64,000 nt of DNA, taken from positions 1 through 64,000 of the forward strand of contig OZ251242.1 in NCBI GenBank assembly GCA_965240325.2, read 5' to 3'. This DNA is from Rebecca billardiae RCC1528. Its lineage: Eukaryota; Protista; Haptophyta. Shown in pieces: positions 44,701-56,700 of the stretch. Under the pieces are notes generated by a model that saw only the letters and a list, made by a program, of their open reading frames with translations, was not told the origin of the DNA and did not search any database. Made by a program: the position numbers and the translations under genes. Every line of letters begins with the position of its first letter. Position 1 is the stretch's first letter.

Positions 44701-47700
44701 CCTCCGCCCAGCCCTCCGCCGAGCCCGCCGCCGAGCCCGCCACCGAGCCCGCCGCCGAGCCCGCCGCCGAGCCCGCCGCCGTCACCGCCACCGTCGCCGC
44801 CGCCCTCGCCGCCGCCGAGCCCGCCGCCCAGCCCTCCGCCATCGCCACCGCCCAGCCCGCCGCCCAGCCCGCCGCCGAGCCCGCCGCCCAGCCCGCCACC
44901 ACCCAGCCCACCGCCCAGCCCTCCGCCTTCGCCGCCGCCGAGCCCGCCCCCGAGCCCGCCGCCGTCGCCGCCGCCATCGCCTCCGCCGAGCCCCCCGCCT
45001 TCGCCGCCGCCTTCCCCGCCGCCATCGCCGCCACCGGCGCCGCCGCCATCGCCGCCTCCGAGCCCGCCACCGTCCCCGCCGCCATCTCCGCCGCCGCCGA
45101 GCCCACCGCCGAGCCCACCACCGAGCCCGCCGCCGAGCCCGCCACCGTCTCCACCTCCGAGCCCGCCGCCAAGCCCGCCGCCGAGCCCGCCGCCTTCGCC
45201 CCCGCCCAGCCCGCCCCCAAGCCCTCCGCCATCGCCGCCGCCGAGCCCACCGCCGAGCCCACCGCCCAGCCCGCCTCCGTCACCGCCGCCGCCCAGCCCA
45301 CCGCCCAGCCCACCGCCCAGTCCACCGCCATCCCCGCCTCCGTCGCCTCCACCATCGCCACCGCCGTCCCCGCCGCCGTCGCCACCTCCGTCGCCTCCAC
45401 CGAGCCCGCCACCCAGCCCGCCCCCGGCGCCGCCGCCCTCGCCGCCGCCGAGCCCGCCGCCGTCACCTCCGCCGTCGCCGCCCCCGCCGAGCCCGCCACC
45501 GAGCCCGCCGCCTTCGCCGCCCCCGTCGCCACCACCATCGCCCCCGCCCAGCCCGCCGCCCAGCCCTCCGCCATCGCCACCGCCCAGCCCGCCGCCCAGC
45601 CCGCCGCCCAGCCCTCCGCCATCGCCACCGCCCAGCCCGCCGCCCAGCCCGCCGCCCAGCCCGCCGCCCAGCCCGCCGCCCCCCAGCCCACCGCCCAGTC
45701 CTCCGCCGTCACCGCCGCCGAGCCCGCCCCCGAGCCCGCCGCCGTCGCCGCCGCCATCGCCTCCGCCGAGCCCTCCGCCTTCGCCGCCGCCTTCCCCACC
45801 GCCATCGCCGCCACCGGCGCCGCCGCCATCGCCGCCTCCGTCACCGCCACCGTCTCCGCCGCCATCTCCGCCGCCGCCGAGCCCCCCGCCGAGCCCACCA
45901 CCGAGCCCGCCGCCGAGCCCGCCACCGTCTCCACCTCCGAGCCCGCCGCCAAGCCCGCCGCCGAGCCCGCCGCCTTCGCCCCCGCCCAGCCCGCCCCCAA
46001 GCCCTCCGCCATCGCCACCGCCGAGCCCACCGCCGAGCCCACCGCCCAGCCCGCCTCCGTCACCGCCGCCGCCCAGCCCACCGCCCAGCCCACCGCCCAG
46101 TCCACCGCCATCCCCGCCTCCGTCGCCTCCACCATCGCCACCGCCGTCCCCGCCGCCGTCGCCACCTCCGTCGCCTCCACCGAGCCCGCCACCCAGCCCG
46201 CCCCCGGCGCCGCCGCCCTCGCCGCCGCCGAGCCCGCCTCCGTCACCTCCGCCGTCGCCGCCCCCGCCGAGCCCGCCACCGAGCCCGCCGCCGAGCCCGC
46301 CACCGAGCCCGCCGCCCAGCCCGCCGCCCAGCCCGCCACCATCGCCGCCACCGTCGCCGCCACCGTCTCCACCGCCGAGCCCGCCGCCCAGCCCTCCGCC
46401 ATCTCCACCGCCCAGCCCGCCACCCAGCCCGCCGCCCAGCCCGCCGCCCAGCCCGCCGCCCCCCAGCCCACCGCCCAGCCCTCCGCCATCACCGCCACCG
46501 AGCCCGCCTCCGAGCCCCCCGCCGTCACCACCGCCGTCGCGGCCACCCTCACCACCGCCCTCGCCGCCGCCGAGCCCGCCGCCGAGCCCGCCGCCCGCGC
46601 CGCCGCCATCGCCGCCGCCGTCACCACCACCTTCGCCGCCGCCCTCACCACCTCCGCCCAGCCCTCCGCCGAGCCCGCCGCCGAGCCCGCCACCGAGCCC
46701 GCCGCCGAGCCCGCCGCCGAGCCCGCCGCCGTCGCCGCCACCGTCGCCGCCGCCCTCGCCGCCGCCGAGCCCGCCGCCCAGCCCTCCGCCATCGCCACCG
46801 CCCAGCCCGCCGCCCAGCCCGCCGCCGAGCCCGCCGCCCAGCCCGCCACCACCCAGCCCACCGCCCAGCCCTCCGCCTTCGCCGCCGCCAAGCCCGCCCC
46901 CGAGCCCGCCGCCATCGCCACCGCCGTCACCGCCGCCATCTCCGCCGCCGAGCCCGCCGCCCAGCCCGCCGCCGAGCCCGCCGCCCGCGCCGCCGCCATC
47001 GCCGCCACCGAGCCCACCACCGTCACCTCCGCCGTCGCCGCCCCCGCCGAGCCCACCACCGAGCCCTCCGCCGTCACCGCCGCCAAGCCCGCCGCCATCG
47101 CCGCCGCCGAGCCCGCCGCCCAAACCGCCGCCGAGCCCGCCTCCGAGCCCGCCCCCGAGCCCGCCGCCGTCGCCGCCACCATCGCCGCCACCTTCGCCAC
47201 CGCCGAGCCCGCCGCCCAGCCCTCCGCCATCACCACCGCCCAGCCCGCCGCCCAGCCCGCCGCCCAGCCCGCCGCCGTCGCCGCCGCCGCCCAGCCCACC
47301 GCCCAGCCCTCCGCCATCGCCGCCGCCGAGCCCGCCGCCGAGCCCGCCGCCATCACCACCGCCGTCACCGCCGCCATCTCCGCCGCCGAGCCCGCCGCCC
47401 AGCCCGCCGCCGAGCCCGCCGCCCGCGCCGCCACCATCGCCGCCACCGAGCCCACCACCGTCACCTCCGCCGTCGCCGCCCCCGCCGAGCCCACCACCGA
47501 GCCCTCCGCCGTCACCGCCGCCAAGCCCGCCGCCATCGCCGCCGCCGAGCCCGCCGCCCCAACCGCCGCCGAGCCCGCCGCCAAGCCCGCCTCCGAGCCC
47601 GCCGCCATCGCCGCCACCATCGCCGCCACCTTCGCCACCGCCTAGCCCGCCGCCCAGCCCGCCGCCGCGGCCGCCACCGTCGCCGCCACCGAGCCCGCCG

Positions 47701-50700
47701 CCCTCGCCGCCGCCCTCGCCGCCGCCGCCGAGCCCGCCGCCGAGCCCGCCGCCATCGCCGCCGCCGAGCCCGCCGCCGAGCCCGCCGCCTTCGCCGCCGC
47801 CGTCACCGCCCCCATCGCCGCCGCCGAGCCCGCCGCCGAGCCCGCCGCCGAGCCCGCCGCCCGCGCCGCCGCCATCGCCGCCACCGTCACCGCCACCGTC
47901 GCCGCCGCCATCTCCGCCTCCACCGAGCCCACCGCCAAGCCCACCACCGAGCCCGCCGCCGAGCCCGCCGCCGTCTCCACCTCCGAGCCCGCCGCCGAGC
48001 CCGCCACCGAGCCCGCCGCCTTCGCCTCCGCCCAGCCCGCCCCCCAGCCCTCCGCCATCGCCACCGCCGAGCCCACCGCCGAGCCCGCCGCCCAGCCCGC
48101 CTCCGTCACCGCCGCCGCCCAGCCCACCGCCCAGCCCACCGCCCAGTCCACCGCCATCCCCGCCCCCGTCGCCTCCACCGTCGCCTCCGCCGTCGCCGCC
48201 GCCGTTGCCACCTCCGTCGCCTCCACCGAGCCCGCCACCCAGCCCGCCCCCGGCGCCGCCGCCCTCTCCGCCACCGAGCCCGCCTCCGTCGCCTCCGCCG
48301 TCGCCGCCCCCTCCCAGCCCGCCACCGAGCCCGCCGCCGAGCCCGCCGCCAAGTCCCCCGCCATCCCCACCGCCCAGCCCGCCGCCGTCGCCGCCACCAT
48401 CGCCGCCACCTTCGCCACCGCCGAGCCCGCCGCCCAGCCCTCCGCCATCGCCACCGCCAAGCCCGCCGCCGAGCCCGCCGCCCAGCCCGCCGCCGTCGCC
48501 GCCGCCGCCCAGCCCACCGCCCAGCCCTCCGCCATCACCGCCGCCGAGCCCGCCGCCTTCCCCGCCACCTTCCCCGCCGCCGTCGCCGCCACCGTCGCCG
48601 CCGCCCTCGCCGCCGCCGAGCCCGCCGCCCAGCCCTCCGCCATCGCCGCCGCCTAGCCCGCCGCCCAGCCCGCCGCCGAGCCCGCCGCCCGCGCCGCCGC
48701 CATCGCCGCCACCGTCACCGCCACCTTCGCCGCCGCCATCTCCGCCGCCGCCGAGCCCTCCGCCGAGCCCGCCGCCAAGCCCGCCACCGAGCCCACCACC
48801 GTCTCCGCCTCCGAGCCCGCCGCCATCGCCCCCTCCATCGCCGCCGCCGAGCCCGCCGCCGAGCCCGCCGCCCAGCCCACCGCCGTCGCCCCCGCCCAGC
48901 CCGCCGCCCAGCCCTCCGCCCAGCCCGCCTCCTTCACCGCCGCCGCCCAGCCCGCCGCCCAGCCCACCGCCCAGTCCACCGCCGTCGCCGCCGCCTTCGC
49001 CTCCGCCGTCGCCACCGCCGTCTCCGCCGCCGTTGCCACCGCCATCGCCGCCGCCCAGCCCGCCGCCCAGCCCGCCGCCGGCTCCGCCGCCCTCGCCGCC
49101 GCCGAGTCCGCCGCCGTCGCCGCCGCCGTCGCCGCCCCCGCCCAGCCCGCCACCGAGCCCGCCGCCCTCGCCGCCACCGAGTCCGCCGCCGAGCCCACCG
49201 CCGAGCCCGCCGCCATCGCCGCCACCATCGCCGCCACCTACGCCCCCGCCAAGCCCGCCGCCCTCGCCTCCGCCGTCGCCGCCACCTTCGCCCCCGCCCA
49301 GCCCGCCGCCGAGCCCACCGCCGCTGCCTCCGCCGAGCCCGCCGCCAAGCCCGCCGCCCAGCCCGCCGCCGTCGCCGCCGCCGCCCAGCCCACCGCCCAG
49401 CCCCCCGCCATCGCCGCCGCCGAGCCCGCCGCCGAGCCCGCCGCCGTTGCCACCGCCGTCACCGCCGCCATCTCCGCCGCCGAGCCCACCGCCGAGTCCG
49501 CCGCCGAGCCCGCCGCCCGCGCCGCCGCCATCGCCGCCACCATCACCGCCGCCGAGCCCACCGCCATCTCCGCCGCCTCCGAGCCCTCCGCCGAGCCCGC
49601 CGCCAAGCCCGCCGCCGAGCCCTCCACCGTTGCCGCCTCCGAGCCCGCCGCCATCGCCCCCGCCGTCGCCCCCGCCAAGCCCGCCACCGAGCCCGCCGCC
49701 GTCACCGCCGCCGAGCCCGCCCCCGCCCAGCCCACCACCGAGCCCACCGCCATCACCGCCACCGAGCCCGCCCCCGCGCCCGCCGCCGTCGCCGCCGCCG
49801 TCGCCACCGCCGAGACCTCCGCCATCTCCGCCGCCGAGCCCACCGCCGAGTCCGCCGCCGGCGCCGCCGCCCTCGCCTCCGCCGAGCCCACCGCCGTCAC
49901 CTCCGCCGTCGCCGCCCCCGCCCAGTCCGCCTCCGAGCCCGCCGCCGAGCCCGCCGCCTAGCCCACCGCCGAGCCCGCCGCCGAGCCCGCCACCGTCGCC
50001 GCCACCGTCGCCGCCACCGTCGCCGCCGCCCAGCCCGCCGCCCAGCCCGCCGCCTTCGCCACCGCCGAGCCCGCCGCCCAGCCCACCGCCCAGCCCGCCG
50101 CCGTCGCCGCCGCCACCCAGCCCACCACCCAGTCCACCGCCCTCGCCGCCGCCGAGTCCGCCGCCCAGCCCACCGCCGTCGCCGCCGCCGTCCCCGCCGC
50201 CCTCTCCGCCGCCGAGCCCGCCGCCCAGCCCGCCGCCCTCTCCGCCGCCGAGCCCACCCCCGAGCCCACCGCCGTCGCCACCGCCGGCGTCTCCGCCGCG
50301 CCCCCCACCGAGCCCGCCGCCGTCCCCTCCGCCGTCGCCGCCGCCGCCCTCCCCGCCGCCCTCGCCGCCACCAGCACCACCGCCCAGCCCGCCGCCCAGC
50401 CCGCCGCCCTCTCCGCCGCCGAGCCCGCCGCCGAGCCCACCGCCGTCGCCGCCGCCCAGCCCGCCTCCTTCGCCGCCGCCCTCCCCGCCGCCGCCCAGCC
50501 CGCCGCCAAGCCCGCCGCCGTCGCCCCCGCCGTCGCCGCCGCCGTCGCCGCCACCGCCATCGCCACCGCCCAGCCCGCCGCCCTCTCCGCCGCCGAGCCC
50601 ACCGCCAAGCCCACCGCCGTCGCCCCCGCCCAGCCCGCCGCCCTCGCCGCCGCCCTCCCCGCCGCCGCCCAGTCCGCCGCCAAGCCCGCCGCCGTCGCCC

Positions 50701-53700
50701 CCGCCGTCGCCGCCGCCGTCGCCGCCACCGCCATCGCCACCGCCAAGCCCGCCGCCAAGCCCGCCGCCGTCGCCTCCGCCGTCGCCCCCGCCCGGCCCGC
50801 CGCCGAGCCCGCCGCCGGGACCGCCGCCCTCGCCGCCGCCGAGCCCGCCGCCCTCGCCGCCGCCCTCGCCGCCACCTTCGCCGCCGCCCCCGTCCCCGCC
50901 GCCATCCCCACCGCCCAGCCCGCCGCCGTCGCCCCCGCCAAGCCCGCCACCCAGTCCACCACCAAGCCCGCCGCCAGTGCCTCCGCCCTCGCCGCCGCCG
51001 AGCCCGCCCCCGTCGCCACCGCCCTCGCCGCCGCCGCCTAGTCCGCCGCCCAGCCCTCCGCCCTTGCCGCCGCCGTCGCCGCCGCCGAGCCCGCCGCCGC
51101 GTCCGCCGCCGTCCCCGCCGCCGTCGCCCCCGCCATCGCCGCCCCCAGCCCCGCCGCCGAGCCCGCCGCCGAGCCCGCCGCCCTCGCCGCCGCCGAGCCC
51201 GCCGCCGAGCCCGCCGCCGAGCCCCCCGCCGAGCCCGCCGCCAAGCCCACCACCGAGCCCGCCGCCGAGCCCGCCGCCACGCCCACCGCCTCTGCCGCCG
51301 CCTTCGCCGCCGCCCAGCCCGCCGCCGTCGCCGCCGCCTTCGCCGCCGCCGCCAAGCCCGCCGCCGAGCCCGCCGCCGAGCCCACCGCCAAGCCCACCAC
51401 CGTCGCCGCCGCCATCGCCGCCGCCGAGCCCGCCACCAAGCCCGCCACCCAAGCCGCCGCCGAGCCCGCCGCCCGCGCCACCGCCGAGCCCACCGCCCAG
51501 CCCGCCGCCAGCGCCACCGCCGTCGCCGCCACCGAGTCCGCCGCCCAGACCGCCGCCCAGCCCGCCTCCGGAGCCGCCCCCTTCTCCGCCTCCAAGCCCA
51601 CCGCCGTTGCCTCCGCCGTCGCCGCCGCCGCCGAGCCCGCCGCCGAGCCCGCCCCCGAGCCCGCCGCCGTCGCCGCCGCCGTCCCCGCCGCCCTCGCCGC
51701 CACCGACCTTGCCACCCAGCCCGCCGCCTTCGCCGCCGCCCAGCCCGCCGCCGAGCCCGCCGCCGAGCCCCCCGCCGAGCCCGCCGCCAAGCCCACCACC
51801 GAGCCCGCCGCCGAGCCCGCCGCCAAGCCCACCGCCGCTGCCGCCGCCTTCGCCGCCGCCCAGCCCGCCGCCATCGCCCCCGCCCTCTCCACCGCCGCCC
51901 AGCCCGCCACCGAGCCCGCCGCCGAGCCTACCACCAAGCCCGCCGCCGTCGCCACCGCCAAGCCCGCCGCCAAGCTCTCCGCCTTCGCCGCCGCCGTCCC
52001 CTCCGCCGAGCCCTCCGCCCACGCCGCCTCCGAGCCCGCCGCCCAGCCCGCCGCCGACGCCGCCGCCATCCCCGCCTCCACTTCCGCCGCCCAGCCCGCC
52101 GCCGAGCCCGCCGCCGGCGCTGCCACCCTCGCCACCACCGAGCCCGCCGCCGTCGCCGCCGCCCTCTCCGCCGCCGCCGAGCCCGCCACCGAGCCCGCCG
52201 CCAAGCCCGCCGCCTTCACCGCCACCGTTGCCGCCGCCGAGCCCGCCACCGAGCCCGCCACCAAGCCCGCCGCCGAGCCCGCCGCCGAGCCCGCCGCCTT
52301 CGCCGCCACCCAGCCCGCCACCTTCGCCACCGCCGTCGCCCCCGCCGCCGAGCCCACCGCCGAGCCCGCCTCCGAGCCCGCCGCCATCGCCACCGCCGAG
52401 CCCGCCCCCGAGCCCTCCGCCGAGCCCTCCGCCGAGCCCGCCACCCTCGCCACCGCCGAGCCCGCCGCCGTCGCCGCCGCCCAGCCCACCACCGAGCCCG
52501 CCACCGGCGCCGCCGCCGTCACCGCCCCCGAGCCCGCCCCCGAGCCCGCCGCCAGCGCCGCCGCCTTCGCCGCCCCCCTCGCCACCTCCGAGCCCGCCAC
52601 CGTCCCCCCCGCCTTCGCCGCCGCCTCCGAGCCCGCCGCCCAGCCCGCCGCCCAGCCCGCCGCCCTCGCCCCCGCCAAACCCACCGCCCAGCCCGCCGCC
52701 GAGCCCGCCACCGAGCCCGCCCCCAAGCCCACCGCCGAGCCCGCCGCCGACGCCACCGCCGAGCCCGCCGCCATCGCCGCCGCCCTCGCCTCCACCGCCG
52801 AGCCCACCCCCGAGCCCGCCGCCATCGCCGCCGCCATCGCCACCGCCGAGCCCGCCGCCGAGCCCGCCGCCGAGCCCGCCGCCGAGTCCGCCACCCTCGC
52901 CACCGCCGAGCCCGCCGCCATCACCGCCGCCAAGCCCACCACCCAGCCCGCCACCGGTGCCGCCGCCATCGCCGCCACCGTGGCCCCCGCCGAGCCCGCC
53001 GCCGAGCCCGCCGCCGCGGCCGCCACCGTCGCCGCCACCGAGCCCGCCGCCGTCGCCGCCGCCCTCGCCGCCGCCGCCGAGCCCGCCGCCGAGCCCGCCG
53101 CCATCGCCGCCCCCGAGACCGCCGCCATCGCCGCCGCCCTCGCCTCCGCCGCCAAGCCCGCCGCCGAGCCCGCCGCCGTCGCCGCCGCCATCACCACCAC
53201 CGAGTCCGCCGCCGAGCCCGCCGCCGAGCCCGCCGCCAAGTCCGCCACCCTCGCCACCGCCAAGCCCGCCGCCGGCGCCGCCGCCGAGCCCGCCACCGAG
53301 CCCGCCGCCGGCGCCGCCACCGGCGCCGCCGCCATCGCCCCCGCCAAGCCCACCGCCGAGCCCACCGCCGCGGCCGCCGCCGTCGCCACCGCCGAGCCCG
53401 CCACCGTCCCCACCGCCGTCCCCGCCGCCGCCGAGCCCGCCGCCGAGCCCGCCGCCGAGCCCGCCGCCGAGCCCGCCGCCGAGCCCACCGCCGAGCCCGC
53501 CGCCATCTCCGCCGCCGAGCCCGCCGCCCTCCCCGCCGCCATCGCCTCCGCCGCCGAGCCCGCCGCCGAGCCCGCCGCCGAGCCCGCCGCCGTCGCCGCC
53601 GCCGAGCCCGCCGCCGAGCCCGCCGCCGTCGCCGCCGCCGTCCCCGCCGCCTAGTCCGCCACCCAGCCCCCCGCCGAGCCCGCCGCCGAGCCCGCCACCG

Positions 53701-56700
53701 TCGCCACCGCCGAGCCCGCCACCGTCGCCGCCGCCCAGCCCGCCCCCGAGCCCGCCACCGGCGCCGCCGCCGTCGCCGCCACCGTCGCCCCCGCCGAGCC
53801 CACCGCCGAGTCCACCGCCGTGGCCACCACCGTCGCCGCCGCCGTCGCCGCCGCCGTCGCCGCCGCCGTCGCCGCCGCCGCCGAGCCCGCCGCCGAGCCC
53901 GCCGCCGAGCCCGCCGCCAAGCCCGCCGCCAAGCCCGCCGCCAAGCCCGCCACCGTCGCCACCGCCACGCCCGCCGCCGTCGCCGCCGCCCTCGCCTCCA
54001 CCGCCAAGCCCGCCTCCGAGCCCGCCGCCTTCGCCGCCGCCGTCGCCACCGCCGAGCCCGCCGCCGTCACCGCCGCCCTCACCTCCGCCGCGGCCGCCAC
54101 CCACGCCACCGCCGAGCCCGCCACCGTCGCCACCGCCAAGCCCGCCCCCGAGCCCGCCGCCGGCGCCGCCGCCGAGCCCGCCGCCCTCGCCACCGCCGAG
54201 CCCACCGCCGTCGCCGCCGCCGAACCCGCCGCCGTCGCCGCCGCCGTCGCCGCCGCCGTCGCCGCCACCGTCGCCGCCGCCGCCGAGCCCGCCGCCGAGC
54301 CCGCCACCGAGCCCGCCGCCGAGCCCGCCGCCGAGCCCGCCCCCACGGCCGCCGCCGTCGCCGCCGCCGAGCCCACCGCCATCGCCGCCGCCGTCGCCTC
54401 AGCCGCCGAGCCCGCCGCCCAGCCCGCCGCCCAGCCCGCCGCCGCGCCCGCCACCCTCGCCACCGCCGAAGCCGCCGCCGTCCCCGCCCCCATCGCCACC
54501 GCCGAGCCCGCCCCCGAGCCCTCCGCCGCGTCCGCCGCCGTCGCCGCCGCCGAGCCCGCCGCCGTCGCCGCCACCGTCGCCACCGCCGCCGAACCCGCCG
54601 CCAAGACCACCACCCAGCCCGCCGCCGAGCCCTCCGCCATCCCCGCCTCCAAGCCTGCCGCCGTCGCCACCGCCGTCCCCGCCGCCCGGCCCGCCGCCGA
54701 GCCCGCCGCCGTCCCCGCCTCCGAGTCCGCCACCGAGCCCACCGCCGAGCCCACCACCGTTGCCACCACCGTCGCCACCGCCGGGCCCGCCGCCGTCACC
54801 GCCGCCGTCGCCGCCACCTCCGAGCCCGCCTCCAAGCCCGCCACCCAGCCCGCCGCCGAGCCCGCCGCCATCCCCGCCTCCAAGCCTGCCGCCGTCGCCG
54901 CCGCCGTCCCCGCCGCCCAGCCCGCCGCCGAGCCCGCCGCCGTCGCCACCGCCCAGCCCGCCGCCGAGCCCTCCGCCGTCGCCGCCGCCATCGCCGCCGC
55001 CCAGCCCACCGCCTTCGCCGCCGCCCAGCCCACCGCCGCCGAGCCCGCCCCCGAGCCCGCCGCCACGCCCGCCGCCGTCGCCACCGCCCAGCCCGCCGCC
55101 GAGCCCTCCGCCGTCGCCGCCGCCATCGCCGCCGCCCAGCCCACCGCCTTCGCCGCCGCCCAGCCCACCGCCGCCGAGCCCGCCCCCGAGCCCGCCGCCA
55201 CGCCCGCCGCCGTCGCCACCGCCCAGCCCGCCGCCGAGCCCTCCGCCGTCGCCGCCGCCATCGCCGCCGCCGAGCCCACCGCCATCGCCGCCGCCCAGCC
55301 CACCGCCGCTGAACCCGCCCCCCAGCCCGCCGCCACGCCCGCCGCCGTCGCCACCGCCCAGCCTGCCGCCGAGCCCTCCGCCGCTGCCGCCGCCGAGCCC
55401 GCCGCCGTCGCCCCCGCCCTCGCCTCCACCGCCGAGCCCACCCCCGAGCCCGCCGCCGGTGCCGCCGCCCATACCCCCACCATCGCCCCCGCCGAGCCCA
55501 CCGCCGAGCCCACCGCCGGTGCTGCCACCATCGCCCCCACCGAGCCCACCGCCTTTGCCGCCGCCGTCGCCGCCGCCTCCGAACCCAGCGCCGCGCCCAC
55601 CGCCCAGTCCACCGCCGAGCCCGCCGCCGAGACCGCCACCGTCGCCGCCGCCGAGCCCGCCGCCGCGAGAGCCGCCGCGGCCGCCGCCATCGCCGCCGCC
55701 AAGCCCGCCGCCCACTGTGTCGCCGGTGCCCCCGCCGAGCCCGCCGCCTTCGCCGCCGCCGGCACTGCCGCCAGCGCTGCCGCCACTGCCGCCGCCACCG
55801 CCTCGCATGGAGCCGTTCACGCCACCGTCACCGCCCAGCCCGCCACCCTCGCCGCCGCCAAGCCCGCCGCCGTCGCCACCGCCCAGCCCACCACCAAGCC
55901 CGCCGCCATCGCCGCCGCCATCGCCGCCGCCATCGCCACCGCCGAGCCCGCCGCCGAGCCCGCCGCCGAGCCCGCTACCCTCACCACCGCCAAGCCTGCC
56001 ACCATTGCCTCCGCCTAGTCCACCACCAAGCCCGCCACCGGCGCAGCTGCCTTCGCCGCCGCCATCGCCACCGCCGAGCCCGCCACCCTCGCCGCCGCCA
56101 AGCCTGCCGCCATTGCCACCGCCCAGTCCACCACCAAGCCCGCCGCCATCGCCGCCGCCATCGCCGCCGCCATCGCCACCGCCGAGCCCGCCACCCTCAC
56201 CAACGCCAAGCCTGCCGCCATTGCCTCAGCCCAGTCCACCACCAAGCCCGCCGCCGTCGCAGCCGCCATCGCCGCCGCCATCGCCACCGCCGAGCCCGCC
56301 GCCGAGCCCGCCGCCGAGCCCGCCACCCTCACCACCGCCAAGCCTGCCGCCATTGCCTCCGCCCAGTCCACCACCAAGCCCGCCGCCATCGCCGCCGCCA
56401 TCGCCGCCGCCATCGCCACCGCCGAGCCCGCCGCCGAGCCCGCTACCGTCGCCACCGCCGAGCCCGCCGCCGCGCGAGCCGCCACGGCCGCCGCCATCGC
56501 CGCCGCCAAGCTCGCCGCCCACTGTGTCACCGGTGCCCCCACCGAGCCCGCCGCCTTCGCCGCCGCCGGTACCGCCGCCCACGCCGCCGCCACTGCCGCC
56601 GCCGCCGCCTCGCATGGAGCCGTTCACGCCGCCGTCACCGCCGAGCCTGCCGCCGAGCCCGCCACCCTCGCCACCGCCAAGCCTGCCGCCATTGCCTCCG

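Noticed and set aside
24768-54104. 9,778-aa poly-Gly (GGGL/GGGD) ORF on the minus strand, and its continuations to 60983
   Set aside because: Antisense shadow of the Ser-Pro array. Stops are rarely possible in this register, it crosses plus-strand introns and has no domains, and the synonymous variation fits the plus Pro/Ser frame.
25970-55312. 9,780-aa Arg-rich ORF on the plus strand
   Set aside because: Shifted reading of CCG repeats (CGC/CGA). It is out of frame with the spliced RCC1 exons and the IPT/REJ region, and is open only because T is rare at that codon position.
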